64,000 nucleotides of DNA, taken from assembly GCA_951406725.2 (NCBI GenBank), contig OX597816.1:166718001-166782000 (forward strand), in the 5' to 3' direction. Of this stretch, positions 1 to 12,129 are shown one piece after another (positions within the stretch are counted from its first letter, which is position 1; every line of letters begins with the position of its first letter). A model generated the notes under the pieces. That model saw only the letters and a program-made list of their open reading frames with translations. It ran no database searches and had not been told where the DNA came from. The stretch comes from Octopus vulgaris. Its lineage: Eukaryota. The position numbers and the translations under genes are program-made.

Positions 1-670
1 CTGGCGGTCTACTGGCGCAAGTCAGTCAATGCTGTTGACTATTTTAGATAATGCTATAACTTCATGAGATCTGTTCAAAGTTGCCTCTCTCAAGTATTTT
101 CCATTGATAAATGTAAGGAGCTAGAAACATCGATGTCTAGGAATCCTCATAGATGGCGACACTGAACAGATATGGTGTTTTTACACCTTTTTACCGTAAG
201 AGAAAATTTCTTCCACGGTAACTGAAGTGAATTTACCTTTTAGCAGTTGAAATAAGCCACACACATATTTTAACTAATCTAAACTTTGTTTATGCCTAAA
301 CCTTGCTGGGCGCTAATATTTCGGTTATATATATATATATAATAGTAAATGCGTTAGCAAATGGGGCAAAGTGTAGTTAATGCATATTGCCTTTTGATTA
401 GTAATTCTGTCGATTCTTATACGTTGTTAGTGTAATTTTACCCATCCTTTCCAGAGTCCTGAGATGCTGGCATTGACCAAGGAATAAAGGAATAAGGATC
501 TGTATAGATAACTAGATACACCCAACACATTTAAAAGTTTAGTCTTGCAATGAAGTAATTTTAGAAGCTAAAAGCACGTATTAAACTCATATCTACCCTA
601 CATTTCCAGACTACAACATATTTGTAAATCTCTAATTACATGAATAATTGTGTTTTGTATCTATTGACAG

Positions 671-754
671 GAATAAAGCCATCTTGCAACGAGTACCGAA
701 ATAGCGGGTCTGAAAAATCCTATACATATCTAATTGATGTTGATGGTTACCAAG
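671..754 (+). CDS. Exon 1 (module 1): IKPSCNEYRNSGSEKSYTYLIDVDGYQ
   Basis: gacag| ... |gtaata, phase 1-1, SC..YR...YLIDVDG motif. Confidence 0.85.
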
Positions 755-1614
755 GTAATAAAACGAACACAAAATGCTATTTTTTTTCTTAACCTGTTAG
801 GTATGCATTTCAGACTTATATTGGGCATGAATGGGTTGAATAGGTATTCAAACTCACTGAAGATATTCCCAGTAGAAAAATATGTTCTTCGTTCGGATTA
901 TGTCATTCATAGCCCAGCTTGGTGTTTTCACACAATCATCGTCTATTTGAATTTTCTTCCAAGACGACTGTTACCACAGCAAAGATATTTCCACATTTGA
1001 GTGTAAACAAATATATTAACTTTAAATATACATAATTTTATTCATACTATCACTGCTTAGAGTACCTTTGATTAATTAATTAATTACCTAATTAACTAAT
1101 TCCAACTTAACAAAGTTTTGCACGCGCCAGCCAATTTATTATTTGTTGTTTATATGTAAGCGCGTTAGTTCTTCGTTGATTAAGAGCTGATGAAGTCTAA
1201 TGACACAGAAACATGTCGTACAATCCAACGACGTCAATCATAACCCAGCTTGGTGTACATTTAAACACATTGTGTATAGAAAGTATTTCTCTTTTGAAAC
1301 AGATACCACAGCGAAATTCTATCTACACGTGAGTGCACAGGAACGAGTTAAATATAAATACACACTGCTTATTTTGATCATCGCTAAATATGGTTCCTTG
1401 ATAAATCTTTGCACACGCCAGCTAATTTTTTATTTAATGTTTATATATAAGAATAACAATATAGATGTAGACAGATTTATTTTAATCATCACTTCTTAAT
1501 TTCTTTCATAAATATACTTCATATATTTTAAATTCCATGAATGAAAATAATTGTCCTGCTAAGAACATTAAATAATTTTCTCAAAATTGAAAATGTATCT
1601 TTTAATGTGTCTAG

Positions 1615-1703
1615 GTACGTTGCAACCGTTTCCGGTCTTTTGTCTGATGGTCGTTGAACCCCCGTATGGATCGACAATTGTTCACCACCACCTGACTGAT
1701 ATA
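1615..1703 (+). CDS. Exon 2: GTLQPFPVFCLMVVEPPYGSTIVHHHLTDI
   Basis: tctag| ... |gtatgt, phase 1-0, PF.V.C motif. Confidence 0.85.
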
Positions 1704-3565
1704 GTATGTTATTCCTTCATTATTAAACAATACTACAGTAAATATCGTAAAACTGCTATAGAATGGCAGAATCGTTAGCGTGACGGTCAAAAAGCTTAAT
1801 GCTATCACAGTTGTATATCTAAGTTCAAATTCCTCCGAAGTTGTCTTTGTATTTCAACCTTCCAGAGTCGATAAAATAAACAAGTTCATACTGGGTCTTT
1901 CTCCAAATAAGGGCTGTGTACCAATCTTAGAAATAATTATCATAAAGTGAGGTACAAAGGACCGAGTCAGTAAGGTACAAGACAACTAATTGAGAAGCTG
2001 GTGGTTTGCGTCATCGCACTAATACTTTGTATCCAAATAACATAGGCTACCTAAACCGTAGACAATGTATTACTGATTAAGAACAGTTCACTGACATTAG
2101 CAATGCCACCAATATAAAACAACATGTTTCATTAGATCCCTGTACGGAGTCCAACGTAGGCTACAACATTCTTATAACTTTCCATAAGCCTTGACACCAG
2201 AATCTCATCGAATTCATAGAACCCCATGAACTAAGCCTCTAAATGCAAGTCATGTTTATCTTTTGAATCGCTAAGCCTTCATTCAAGTGTTTCTCAGCAA
2301 AGAGTTTTTGAAATATAAGTTGGATTCCTTGAAAAGCTTCTCCTCCAAAATCTAGTGCAGAGGTCCCTAACGCTGTATTTTTGATACCCCTGTAGCGGTA
2401 TTTAGATAGTTGAATGATCTCCCTTGCAAGAAAGATTATAGAGTAACCTCCCTTTACTGAGTTTCTCGAAGCATCTGTGTCATGAGATATGATTCTTAAT
2501 TATTCAAGAAGCTTAGCGTTTCTCTTGGAAGTTTCTAGAATGTCTAGCGTTCCATTAATAAAACCAGCTTGCTAACCTTACTCTTCGCTTCTTAGACGAT
2601 TAGATTTAGAGCCATTGATGTCATTGCTATGTCCGTCTATTTTTCTGTGCCACATGACTGAAAACCACCACTTAGCTGTTATTTCTACATTTTCTATCTC
2701 TGAACTTTCTTGCATAGATTATTTCATTCAACTAGATTCTACATTTGATTATGTATCATTATGTATCATAATGTATCGACCAGTAAATAAAATATATATT
2801 TTATGTAGTAAATATACAGGTCTTGAATTTATTCTTCATCTCTACATGAACTCTTGTAATAGTATACACGCAGCCACATCAACACCTGGTACTGACAATA
2901 TATAACCACTACACTACTTCGTCATATCCTACAGTACCGAAGTATCCTGTATAAGGAATATAGCGTTAAATGGTTACAGACAATAATAATGTACTATTAT
3001 TTGTTATTAATTTAATTCAAACTCCGCCGTGGTTTAACTTTGTCTTTCATCTTCTAGAGTTGATAGAATACCATCAAATACCATCAAATTGGTATGAATG
3101 ACCACATGAAAAATCAATTTCATTTAATTTAATGTTACATTTTTGATGAGATGCATGAGCTCGGCTTTTTCTAGCAACTAACTCTATTCTAAGCTAAGTT
3201 TTAGAGTGCCACACCTATATATCATTCTAAATTGAGAATCGGTCTGGTATGAAAATTAATTTTGGTTAATAAACATTGGTGAAAACCTTTGTCCATGGCA
3301 ATAAGTGGATCGGAAAAAACAAAAATCTTTCCACGTGGTTTCGATGCAAATCCGTTGGGTTTAGTTCGTTGATATTACTTCGAAATTCCAGTGTTTTTAC
3401 AGATTTCGTATATCCTTGTAATTTTTCATGCGTACCTCTGAAGAAACGAGTACCCTGGTTTAAAAACTCTATTGATGTAATTTTCTTGAATTTCATTTGC
3501 AACTCTTTTTCATTCCGTTATATTTCTACTCGTATGTAAAAACTTATTTTCCTATACACAGAGAC

Positions 3566-3658
<93 letters not shown>

Positions 3659-3720
3659 TACATACATACATACATACAATTGGTACCTCATAGGAGTGTT
3701 AGTACTCGTCTCCATTTTGA

Positions 3721-3722
3721 AT

Positions 3723-3809
<87 letters not shown>

Positions 3810-3810
3810 T
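3721..3810. repeat. (GATA)n microsatellite; representative of dozens of (TA)n, (CA)n, (ATT)n, (ATC)n and (TACA)n tracts
   Basis: Direct inspection. Confidence 0.95.
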
Positions 3811-4372
3811 TTCGGTACGAATGGTTTTTCTTATACGACGCCGTTTTTACAATCCTGTAAATAGTAATAATGGTGTTTTTATATAAGCTTAAAGCTTATG
3901 GCGATTACCGTGCAATGACTAAGGAAAATAGACTAATAAGGGGACACATTTATTATTTTACTTACTACACTTGCTTCCACGTAACATAGTTCTCCAGGTG
4001 TACAGATGCTTGATAATGCAACTATTTCCTTGCATTATGAGATCTAGTTGTGTTTCCTCAGGCGATTTGTAAATATTGTCTCTGTAGGTTCAAAATCCTC
4101 GGCTTCAAGAACATCCCCTGTCATGGCCTGAATTTAATAGTAGTCACCGAGCTTATCAGGGTGTGTCGTTGTTGAAGGGACGTTAGCAAACTGCTTTGAA
4201 TGTGTAGATGTAGTGGGACGGTGATTCTGGTATTGTTTAAGTGGTTACCATTTTAAAGAGATTTGTAATTTATTTCTATGTATCGATGATTTGTTCTTCA
4301 TGGTTGGTTACACATGTGATTGTCCTTAGCTGACCTTTAAGATTCAATGCTCGGGGACACACACGCGCACAT

Positions 4373-4556
<184 letters not shown>

Positions 4557-4936
4557 TCACATATATATACATACATATATACATACATATATATCTCCAC
4601 CTACGCAACTCGATATTAAATAAGTCATCCGACGTTGAGTACTCTTGCAAACAGATTTTACTCAACATTTATGCATTTACGATTCTGGACAGATTTGAAA
4701 ACCCGTTTCCACACAAATTGAACGTTTTTTCTGAAAAATAAAACAACACCCTCCTCTTACCCTCTACTTATAGAGCCATCAGTAACCTTATTTTATCATG
4801 CATTGTATGTTCTCCCCCCAACAGCTCAAAAACACTTCCACTTCCTGGCCTTTTGCATACTGCTCTATAAAAACACTCAGTAGGTAATTCCCATTAGAAA
4901 AACGCAGGACATGTGAGCCGTTTTAGAAATTTAGTT

Positions 4937-5023
4937 TCCTTGATGAAGGAGATGGTGTCCATAAATGGATGAAAATATCTTTTTTATGACTGGACAACCG
5001 GCTCCCCAGAAACGGCCGTCGGA
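4937..5023 (+). ncRNA. Type I hammerhead motif, U3 variant
   Basis: TCC-TTGATGA-AGGAG..TGTCCA..TGGACA..CTCC-CCA-GAAA-CGGCCG-TC-GGA. Confidence 0.65.
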
Positions 5024-5224
5024 TTATTAAATGGATTAGTAACTCCCAAATGTTTATCTTATAGACTCTTAACTCTTTTTATGACTTCGTTTAAAATCTG
5101 TAAGTCTATATATATAGACTTTTAGAAGTCCATTTGTTACCTAAATCTTATTTTTATAGAACTATCCCTAATGTTTCAGGGGTGTAACATCACCCCCTTA
5201 GATGTTCGGAGTACTCAGGTGTTT

Positions 5225-5313
5225 TTTCGGCTGATGAGTACGGGTCACTTATATTTACTGCAATATTTGCAGCCTTAATAAAGCTGTCTTCGTACGAAAC
5301 AATTGTACCGAAA
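5225..5313 (+). ncRNA. Type I hammerhead ribozyme motif (canonical core)
   Basis: Stem I TTTCGG/CCGAAA; CTGATGA; stem II GTACG...CGTAC; GAAA; palindromic stem III ACAATTGT; GUA site at 5305-5307. Confidence 0.85.
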
Positions 5314-5374
5314 TATTGATCCATTCTTGTTGCTTTTTTCTTATCACCCCGCATTATCTTATGGTTACTATACA

Positions 5375-5759
5375 TCTCTCTATATATAAACGGCAGTTTG
5401 TCTGTTTGTGTTTCTGTGTGTCTGTTTGCTTGTACCCTCACTCTGACCACGGCTTTCAACCGATTCTGATGAAACTTGACACACACATAGCCCAATGTCA
5501 TAATTCAAAACTAACGCAGCGAAAATTTTGAAAAGTCCCCCCAGTTCTGAAAAAGATCGATAAATTCAACATGGGGTCGACAATCAGAAATACAAACCAC
5601 AGATGGTCATGGGGACGCAACTCGATCTTTTTAACTATCAAAAAAAATTTACCATCTTTTTTTCCCCATTTTTTTGCTATTTTTTGGCTATAACTCTCAA
5701 AAAAATCCTTTATAGTTATTTCCCTTACAAACCCGAGCAACGCCGGGCGATACTGCTAG
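5375..5759 (+). mobile_element. Non-autonomous Helitron-like element
   Basis: 5' A|TC start, 3' hairpin CCCGAGCAACGCCGGG followed by CTAG|T; related inverted copy at 56522-56861. Confidence 0.7.
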
Positions 5760-5798
5760 TAATTCATATATGTAATTTATATTTCAATCGTCTTTCAG

Positions 5799-5922
5799 AC
5801 TACTACAATTGAATTCACTTACATTTACGCCTCTTTCACTCAACTGACAAAACTAATCGCAAACTCAGCCTACTGTTCCCAAACATTTACTTATCACTGT
5901 TCTGAAGCCCCATTTACTTCAG
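5799..5922 (+). CDS. Exon 3: TTTIEFTYIYASFTQLTKLIANSAYCSQTFTYHCSEAPFTS
   Basis: ttcag| ... |gtaagt, phase 0-1, S..C.Q...Y.C motif. Confidence 0.85.
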
Positions 5923-6525
5923 GTAAGTTTCTTTTCTTTCACCCATTTGAGAATACATATTTATCTATAGGAGAGTTTGTTTCCGTAGCGTTTAGAGTTG
6001 GAAAAATTGATAGGGTGCCGTGTTATTGATTAAAGTGAGTCTATTCTGTAGCCATAACCAAATTCACCATCTTTATTTGAGGGACCATCTATGTGGTCAT
6101 CTTATCTACAAGAAATAGCAGCCGAATTTCTGACAACATACACTCCACATTTTTAAATAATGTTGTCTTAGGTACAAAAACAATACATTATGGTCACAGA
6201 CAGACTGCTTCTAGTTAAATATCTGTGTTATCGTTTGAGGTTAAACAACAATGATTCTCACCAACCCAATTGACGAATTATAAATAATTTAATAGTTCGT
6301 CTATCTTAACCTGCCGTCATGTCTTCAATTACGTTTAACGTCGTTCACTCCCTTGGAATGAATTCCGACCAAGCTCGTTCCTTCTGAAAACAGCGAGAGA
6401 AGTAATCCATTGAGTCACGAGAATTTAAAGAAAAGTCATTCCTGTACTGTCATTCCATAGAAATTATAATTATATCTATCGACGTGTGTCAGTGTGTAAA
6501 TATATATACATATATACATACATAT

Positions 6526-6595
<70 letters not shown>

Positions 6596-6616
6596 ATTTA
6601 CACACTGACACACATT

Positions 6617-6667
<51 letters not shown>

Positions 6668-6735
6668 GAATTTTTTGCGTAATGAGATTAAAAAAAACCA
6701 AGGCTGTATAGATATTAGGGCATTTATAGATAGAA

Positions 6736-6790
6736 GGTCTTACAGCTATTTCTAAGATATTAATTAATAGTATCCCTTCATCGGAGACGG
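6736..6790 (-). ncRNA. Hammerhead motif (CCGATGA variant), same family as 57966
   Basis: Minus strand GTCT-CCGATGA-AGGGATA..TATCTTA-GAAA-TAGCTG-TA-AGAC. Confidence 0.6.
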
Positions 6791-6812
6791 TGTGAGAGGA
6801 AAAATTACCTGT

Positions 6813-6888
<76 letters not shown>

Positions 6889-7132
6889 GGTTGGGCAGAG
6901 AGGACGGACGTTTTTGAAAATTCATCAATTCATTAATTTTAGCTACAACTACATTTTATTGACATCAATGTGTTTGTATTGAATTAACATTTGTCAAAAT
7001 TAAGTGTGGAAAACAACATCCATCATTTTGTAGTTTAATGACAACTATGGTTATGTTTTGTTTGTTTTGTTTTTTTTTTATAATTGAGTGAACATTAATT
7101 GAATTTTAATTGTTTTGATGTAATCAATTTAG

Positions 7133-7259
7133 GAAACAAGATTTATGGCCCAGACGAAACCGTGTTGGATGGTCTAAGTTGTGATTGTCATTCGGATGGA
7201 AGTTGCTTAAAAGATGAAAAATGCAACTGCGATGCAAACTTTGTCAACGCAACTAAAAC
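7133..7259 (+). CDS. Exon 4: GNKIYGPDETVLDGLSCDCHSDGSCLKDEKCNCDANFVNATK
   Basis: tttag| ... |gtaagt, phase 1-2, CNCDA motif. Confidence 0.88.
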
Positions 7260-7894
7260 GTAAGTAACATATTTCTTATAAAGTCTTATTTTATCAAACT
7301 GTCATTTTTTTGATTTTGATTTTGATTGATTTTTCCAGTTTCAGCTTATGAGCTGTGGCCATGCTGGGGCACCGCCATTTACATAATTTTTTTCAGCAGA
7401 AGACAGACGACACTACATGCTACCGGTGTTTTAAATACGAATTAACTAAAGCAATATAGGTTTTCAGGAAACAATTGATCGACAGATTAGGACTATTTAA
7501 TACATTTCCATCTGAGATTCAACGAGACTAATCATTGGATGAACAAATAGCAAAACTCCGAATTAAACAAAATTTTATATTATTTTGTTAAGGTTAATTC
7601 TGTAGCTATCTATAGAACTTAGAGCCAGCGCCGATTTTTGCTACAACGTTTCGTATGGAGATGTCAGATGTAAACAGACAATGTGATCGAAGACAAAAGT
7701 GAGATCTACTTTTATCATTATTATGTTTTGACGTATATCAATGGACTATAAGAAATTTTAAAAGTTAGTAAATTTTCTGAAATAATTTGCACCTACGGTG
7801 GCACGTAATGTCAAAACTGGTCCCTGTGAATCTAGAGGGATTAAATACTATAACTAAAATTGAATTAAACATTAAAAACAAAATTACGAAAATA

Positions 7895-8080
7895 TGTAGT
7901 AAAGATTGTTTGCCAACAAAGCATGGCTGTCCTGGTTTAGGACGAATGTTGCTTTAATTTAGCCCCAGGTGACACCGTCTCCTGCTGGCTATACGATACG
8001 ATCTGTGTCCTGGGCTAAATTACAGCAACATTCGTCCTAAACCAGGACTGACATGTTGTTGGCAAACAATATTTACTACA
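7895..8080. repeat. Inverted-repeat (foldback/MITE-like) element
   Basis: About 75-bp imperfect arms TGTAGTAAAGATTGTTTGCCAACA..CCTGGTTTAGGACGAATGTTGC with about 40-bp spacer. Confidence 0.8.
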
Positions 8081-8230
8081 AAGTACTATTGCTGAATATC
8101 TCTCGTTGTGAGATTTAAAAATAGTAATTTACGAAAAATATGTTGCGGGTTTTTCATTTCACAAAAGATAAGAAAATTAGTTTTCCTGCAAGAAGCCTTT
8201 CATTTGTTAAGAAAAATCAGACAACCTATA

Positions 8231-8405
8231 GGCGCAGGAGTGGCTGTGTGGTAAGTAGCTTGTTTACCAACCACATGGTTCTGGGTTCAGTCCCACTGCG
8301 TGGCAATTTGGGAAAGGGTCTTCTACTATAGCCTCGGGCCGACCAAAGCCTTGTGAGTGGATTTGGTAGACGGAAACTGAAAAAAGCCCGTCGTATATAT
8401 GTATG

Positions 8406-8466
<61 letters not shown>

Positions 8467-8707
8467 GTATGTATGTATGTGTGTGTGTTTGTGTGTCTGT
8501 GTTTGTCCCCCTAGCATTGCTTGACAACTGATGCTGATGTGTTTATGTCCCTGTCACTTAGCGGTTCGGCAAAACAGACCGATAGAATAAGTACTGGGCT
8601 TACAAAGAATAAGTGACGGGGTCGAGTTGCTCGATTAAAGGCGGTGCTCCAGCATGACCGCAGTCAAATGACTGAAACAAATAAAAGAGTAAAAGAGTAA
8701 AAGAGTA
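8231..8707 (+). mobile_element. tRNA-derived SINE family A (internal microsatellite, LINE-like 3' tail)
   Basis: A box TGGCTGTGTGG, B box GGTTCAGTCCC, tail GGCGGTGCTCCAGCATG.CCGCAGTCAAATGACTGAAAC + (AAAGAGT)n; several copies in window. Confidence 0.88.
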
Positions 8708-9031
8708 TAACCTAGAGGAGATAGACACAAGGGCTGAACACGGAAGAATATTTTGTTGGGCCCAGTACCTTTTTAACACACACACACACTTACATGTGCA
8801 CGGCACTGACAAACATACAAACGTAATTACTGTAAGATCTGCCTGTTTGAAGGTAATCTGGTATTCTACTGAAAAGCCATAGGAGATAGAACACATACAT
8901 CATCCTTAATCTGTAACACACGGCATACATTGATACATAAGCTCTTCGTTCTTTTATAAACTTTTTCTAAATACATTTTTATCCATTTTTTTATCCATTT
9001 CTTGTCTGTTATAAGTGTGACTTCTTTATAT

Positions 9032-9420
9032 TGTGGTGGAAGCACTCCGTCGGTTACGACGACGAGGGTTCTGGTTGATCCGATCAACGGAACAGCCTGC
9101 TCGTGAAATTAACGTGTAAGTGGCTGAGCACTCCACAGACACGTGTACCCTTAACGTAGTTCTCGGGGATATTCAGCGTGTCACAGAGAGTGACAAGGCC
9201 GGCCCTTTGAAATACAGGTACAACAGAAACAGGAAGTAAGAGTGAGAGAAAGTTGTGGTGAAAGAGTACAGCAGGGATCACCACCATCCCCTGCCGGAGC
9301 CTCGTGGAGCTTTTAGGTGTTTTGCTCTATAAACACTCACAACGCCCGGTTTGGGAATCGAAACCGCGATCCTACGACCGCGAGTCCGCTGCCCTAGCCA
9401 CTGGGCCATTGCGCCTCCAC
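9032..9420 (-). mobile_element. tRNA-derived SINE family C
   Basis: Minus-strand head GGAGGCGCAATGGCCCAGTGGCTAGGGCAGCGGACTCGCGG..GGTTTCGATTCCC; body fragment repeated at about 59625-59760. Confidence 0.75.
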
Positions 9421-9587
9421 TACTTCTTCATATTAGATAGGCTCGAAGCGTAAAAAACTTTTCGATTTTCCCAAGCGTATCGTCAAACTAATACACTTGC
9501 TTGTTATTCATACACCTGTCTTCGTTTTTCGGTTTTCTATAAATTTCAACTATATATATATGTGTGTGTGTATGTGTGTGTGTGTGC

Positions 9588-9630
<43 letters not shown>

Positions 9631-9889
9631 TATCCGTCACTTCAGCCAGGTAAACACACACGTGCTTTTCTTGACTTTTTTTTTCCTTCTTCGGACTTTC
9701 CTTTCTCTTTCTGACGAAGTGATATGCTCAAAGCGTAAAAAACCCACTCTTTTTTCTACCTTTACTGAATATCAAACTAATGCGTTCCATACGTTCGTCC
9801 TTTTGTTGTTTTTCTATTTGTTATTTTTGATGTTCCATCTGACTATATGTGTATGTGTGTATGTGTGTCTATATATAAATATATGTATG

Positions 9890-9951
<62 letters not shown>

Positions 9952-10026
9952 TTGAGTTGTGGGGTATCGCACGAGTGGGATTATATATGAAAAAAGGTTT
10001 GAAAATGCAATTTAAACGATGTTTAT

Positions 10027-10071
10027 TTACTTAACCGGTTTCACTCTTTGGTAAAAGATTGTCAAAAGTAA
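10027..10071 (-). ncRNA. Hammerhead-like motif at the PLE 3' end (U3-A8 core); mirror copy at 14316-14360 (+)
   Basis: TTACTT-TTGACAA-TCTTT..AAAGA-GT-GAAA-CCGG-TT-AAGTAA, overlapping an AATAAA. Confidence 0.6.
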
Positions 10072-10633
10072 CATTGAATATTATGGGTTCAAAAAAAGTT
10101 TTTTACATAATTGTCACATTGAATATTATGAATTCAAAAATGTTTTTTTATACATAATTGTCACATTACATGTATAAATATAGTATAAAAAAGTTCAATA
10201 GTGTGATGAGAATATTTGGAAAAATTGGCAGAAAAGAATAAAACAAATATATTATTGGAAATTTGGTTGCGTTAATTATTGGTTGTCGCAAATTGTCACA
10301 TTACATGTATATATATACAGTCTTTGGTAGAAAGGACATGTTAAAGACATAAGGAAGTGTAATAGTTTGGTGAGAAAGCTTGTAATATTGACAGAGAAAA
10401 TTAAAATGGATATTTTAGACATCTCAGAATATTTTGAATCGAAGGCGAGAATTTGTTTTTTACTGACCTGTTTGTTTTAGCAGAAAAGTTGAATTGAGAG
10501 AAAAAAAGATATGTACCCAGTTTGGTTTATACTTCCCCTTCAAGCATCAGTGATTTTGGGGTTATTGGGAGGTGAGTATGCGGGTGTGAATAGATGTGTC
10601 CGTGTGCCTGCTGGTCAGACAGCGTCTGTTTGT

Positions 10634-10818
10634 CACACACATATATACACACACACACAACAACAATACACACACACACATAGTATACACACACACACCA
10701 CATACACACAACACACACACACAGAACACACACACACACAAACGCACCCACATATATAATATATACACACAGCACACAAATATAACATGTATTTATATAT
10801 AATATACACACATATATA

Positions 10819-10858
<40 letters not shown>

Positions 10859-11429
10859 CACACGCACACATATATACATAATATAAATATCACACAAATA
10901 CACCTAGCATATATATACACATACAATACGCATACACAGCATGTATATAATACACATACACAATATATGCATGCAATATACATACGCAATACATACATAT
11001 AATATATATATATATAGACAATGCATATACATATATACATATATACATATAAATAGTGTTTACATACACATACATAGATATACCACATATACACACAATA
11101 TACATACATACAATGCATACACATACACGTACGCATACATATAATATATATAGACACACACACACATAACATACATACACAATGCATACATATATATACA
11201 CGCAACGTATATACATGTATTCATGTATATATAGCACACTTACAATATACATATATACAATGCACACATACACACATATATACACTTAATTGTACACATA
11301 CATATACAATACACATACATACAATATACATATACACAATGCGCATGCAAATAATGCACATGTTTATACACACATATACATGAAAATATATATACACACA
11401 CACACATACACACACACATATATATATAT

Positions 11430-11472
<43 letters not shown>

Positions 11473-11667
11473 CATACATACATACATGCACATACATATA
11501 TTTTTTCACACACATACACACACATATATATATAAAATTCACACACACACCCACACACACAAAATACAAACCTATAGCGTACACACTCAAATATATCTCT
11601 ACATACCGCACACACACACAAACAATGTACTCACATATACACACATACCATGCATATACACACACAG

Positions 11668-11714
<47 letters not shown>

Positions 11715-12010
11715 AAATACACATGTAAACACGTACACAATGCTCACACACACACACACACATACACACACACACGCACACAGTGCACACACACACACAC
11801 ATATATACACACGTGCACACACACACACAACGCGCGCACACACACACACATACACACACGCACACAGTGCACACACACACACATACATATACACACGCGC
11901 ACACACACACACACACAACGTGCACACTCACACACACACACACAACACTCACACACATACATAACCTACATATATATAATGCATGCGTGTGCGTGCCACG
12001 TATGTGTGCG
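10634..12010. repeat. Cryptic (CA)/(TA) dinucleotide region between the PLE ORF stop and the PLE 3' terminal segment
   Basis: About 1.4 kb of scrambled CA/TA dinucleotides. Confidence 0.9.
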
Positions 12011-12129
12011 GTCAATGCCCGCTAGTGTGTCCTATGCGTGCCGATGCGCGCATGTGCCCGCCCGCACGATATGCTGTGAGTGTGCGCGTGCCCCTGTGTG
12101 CCTGCTCTGGATGTGTGCCCAGGGGTATG

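Noticed and set aside
6172-6220. Possible extra exon after tcttag|gtaca
   Set aside because: It hits an in-frame stop, and exons 3 and 4 already join in phase.
9340-9420. tRNA-like sequence on the minus strand (and similar heads at 8231 and 46928)
   Set aside because: These are SINE heads with A/B boxes continuing into repeat bodies; no complete cloverleaf or acceptor stem.
10511-10759. MYPVWFILPLQ… ORF duplicated at 13688-13876
   Set aside because: It lies in the PLE inverted repeat and runs into microsatellite or an alternative RT frame; there is no coding evidence.
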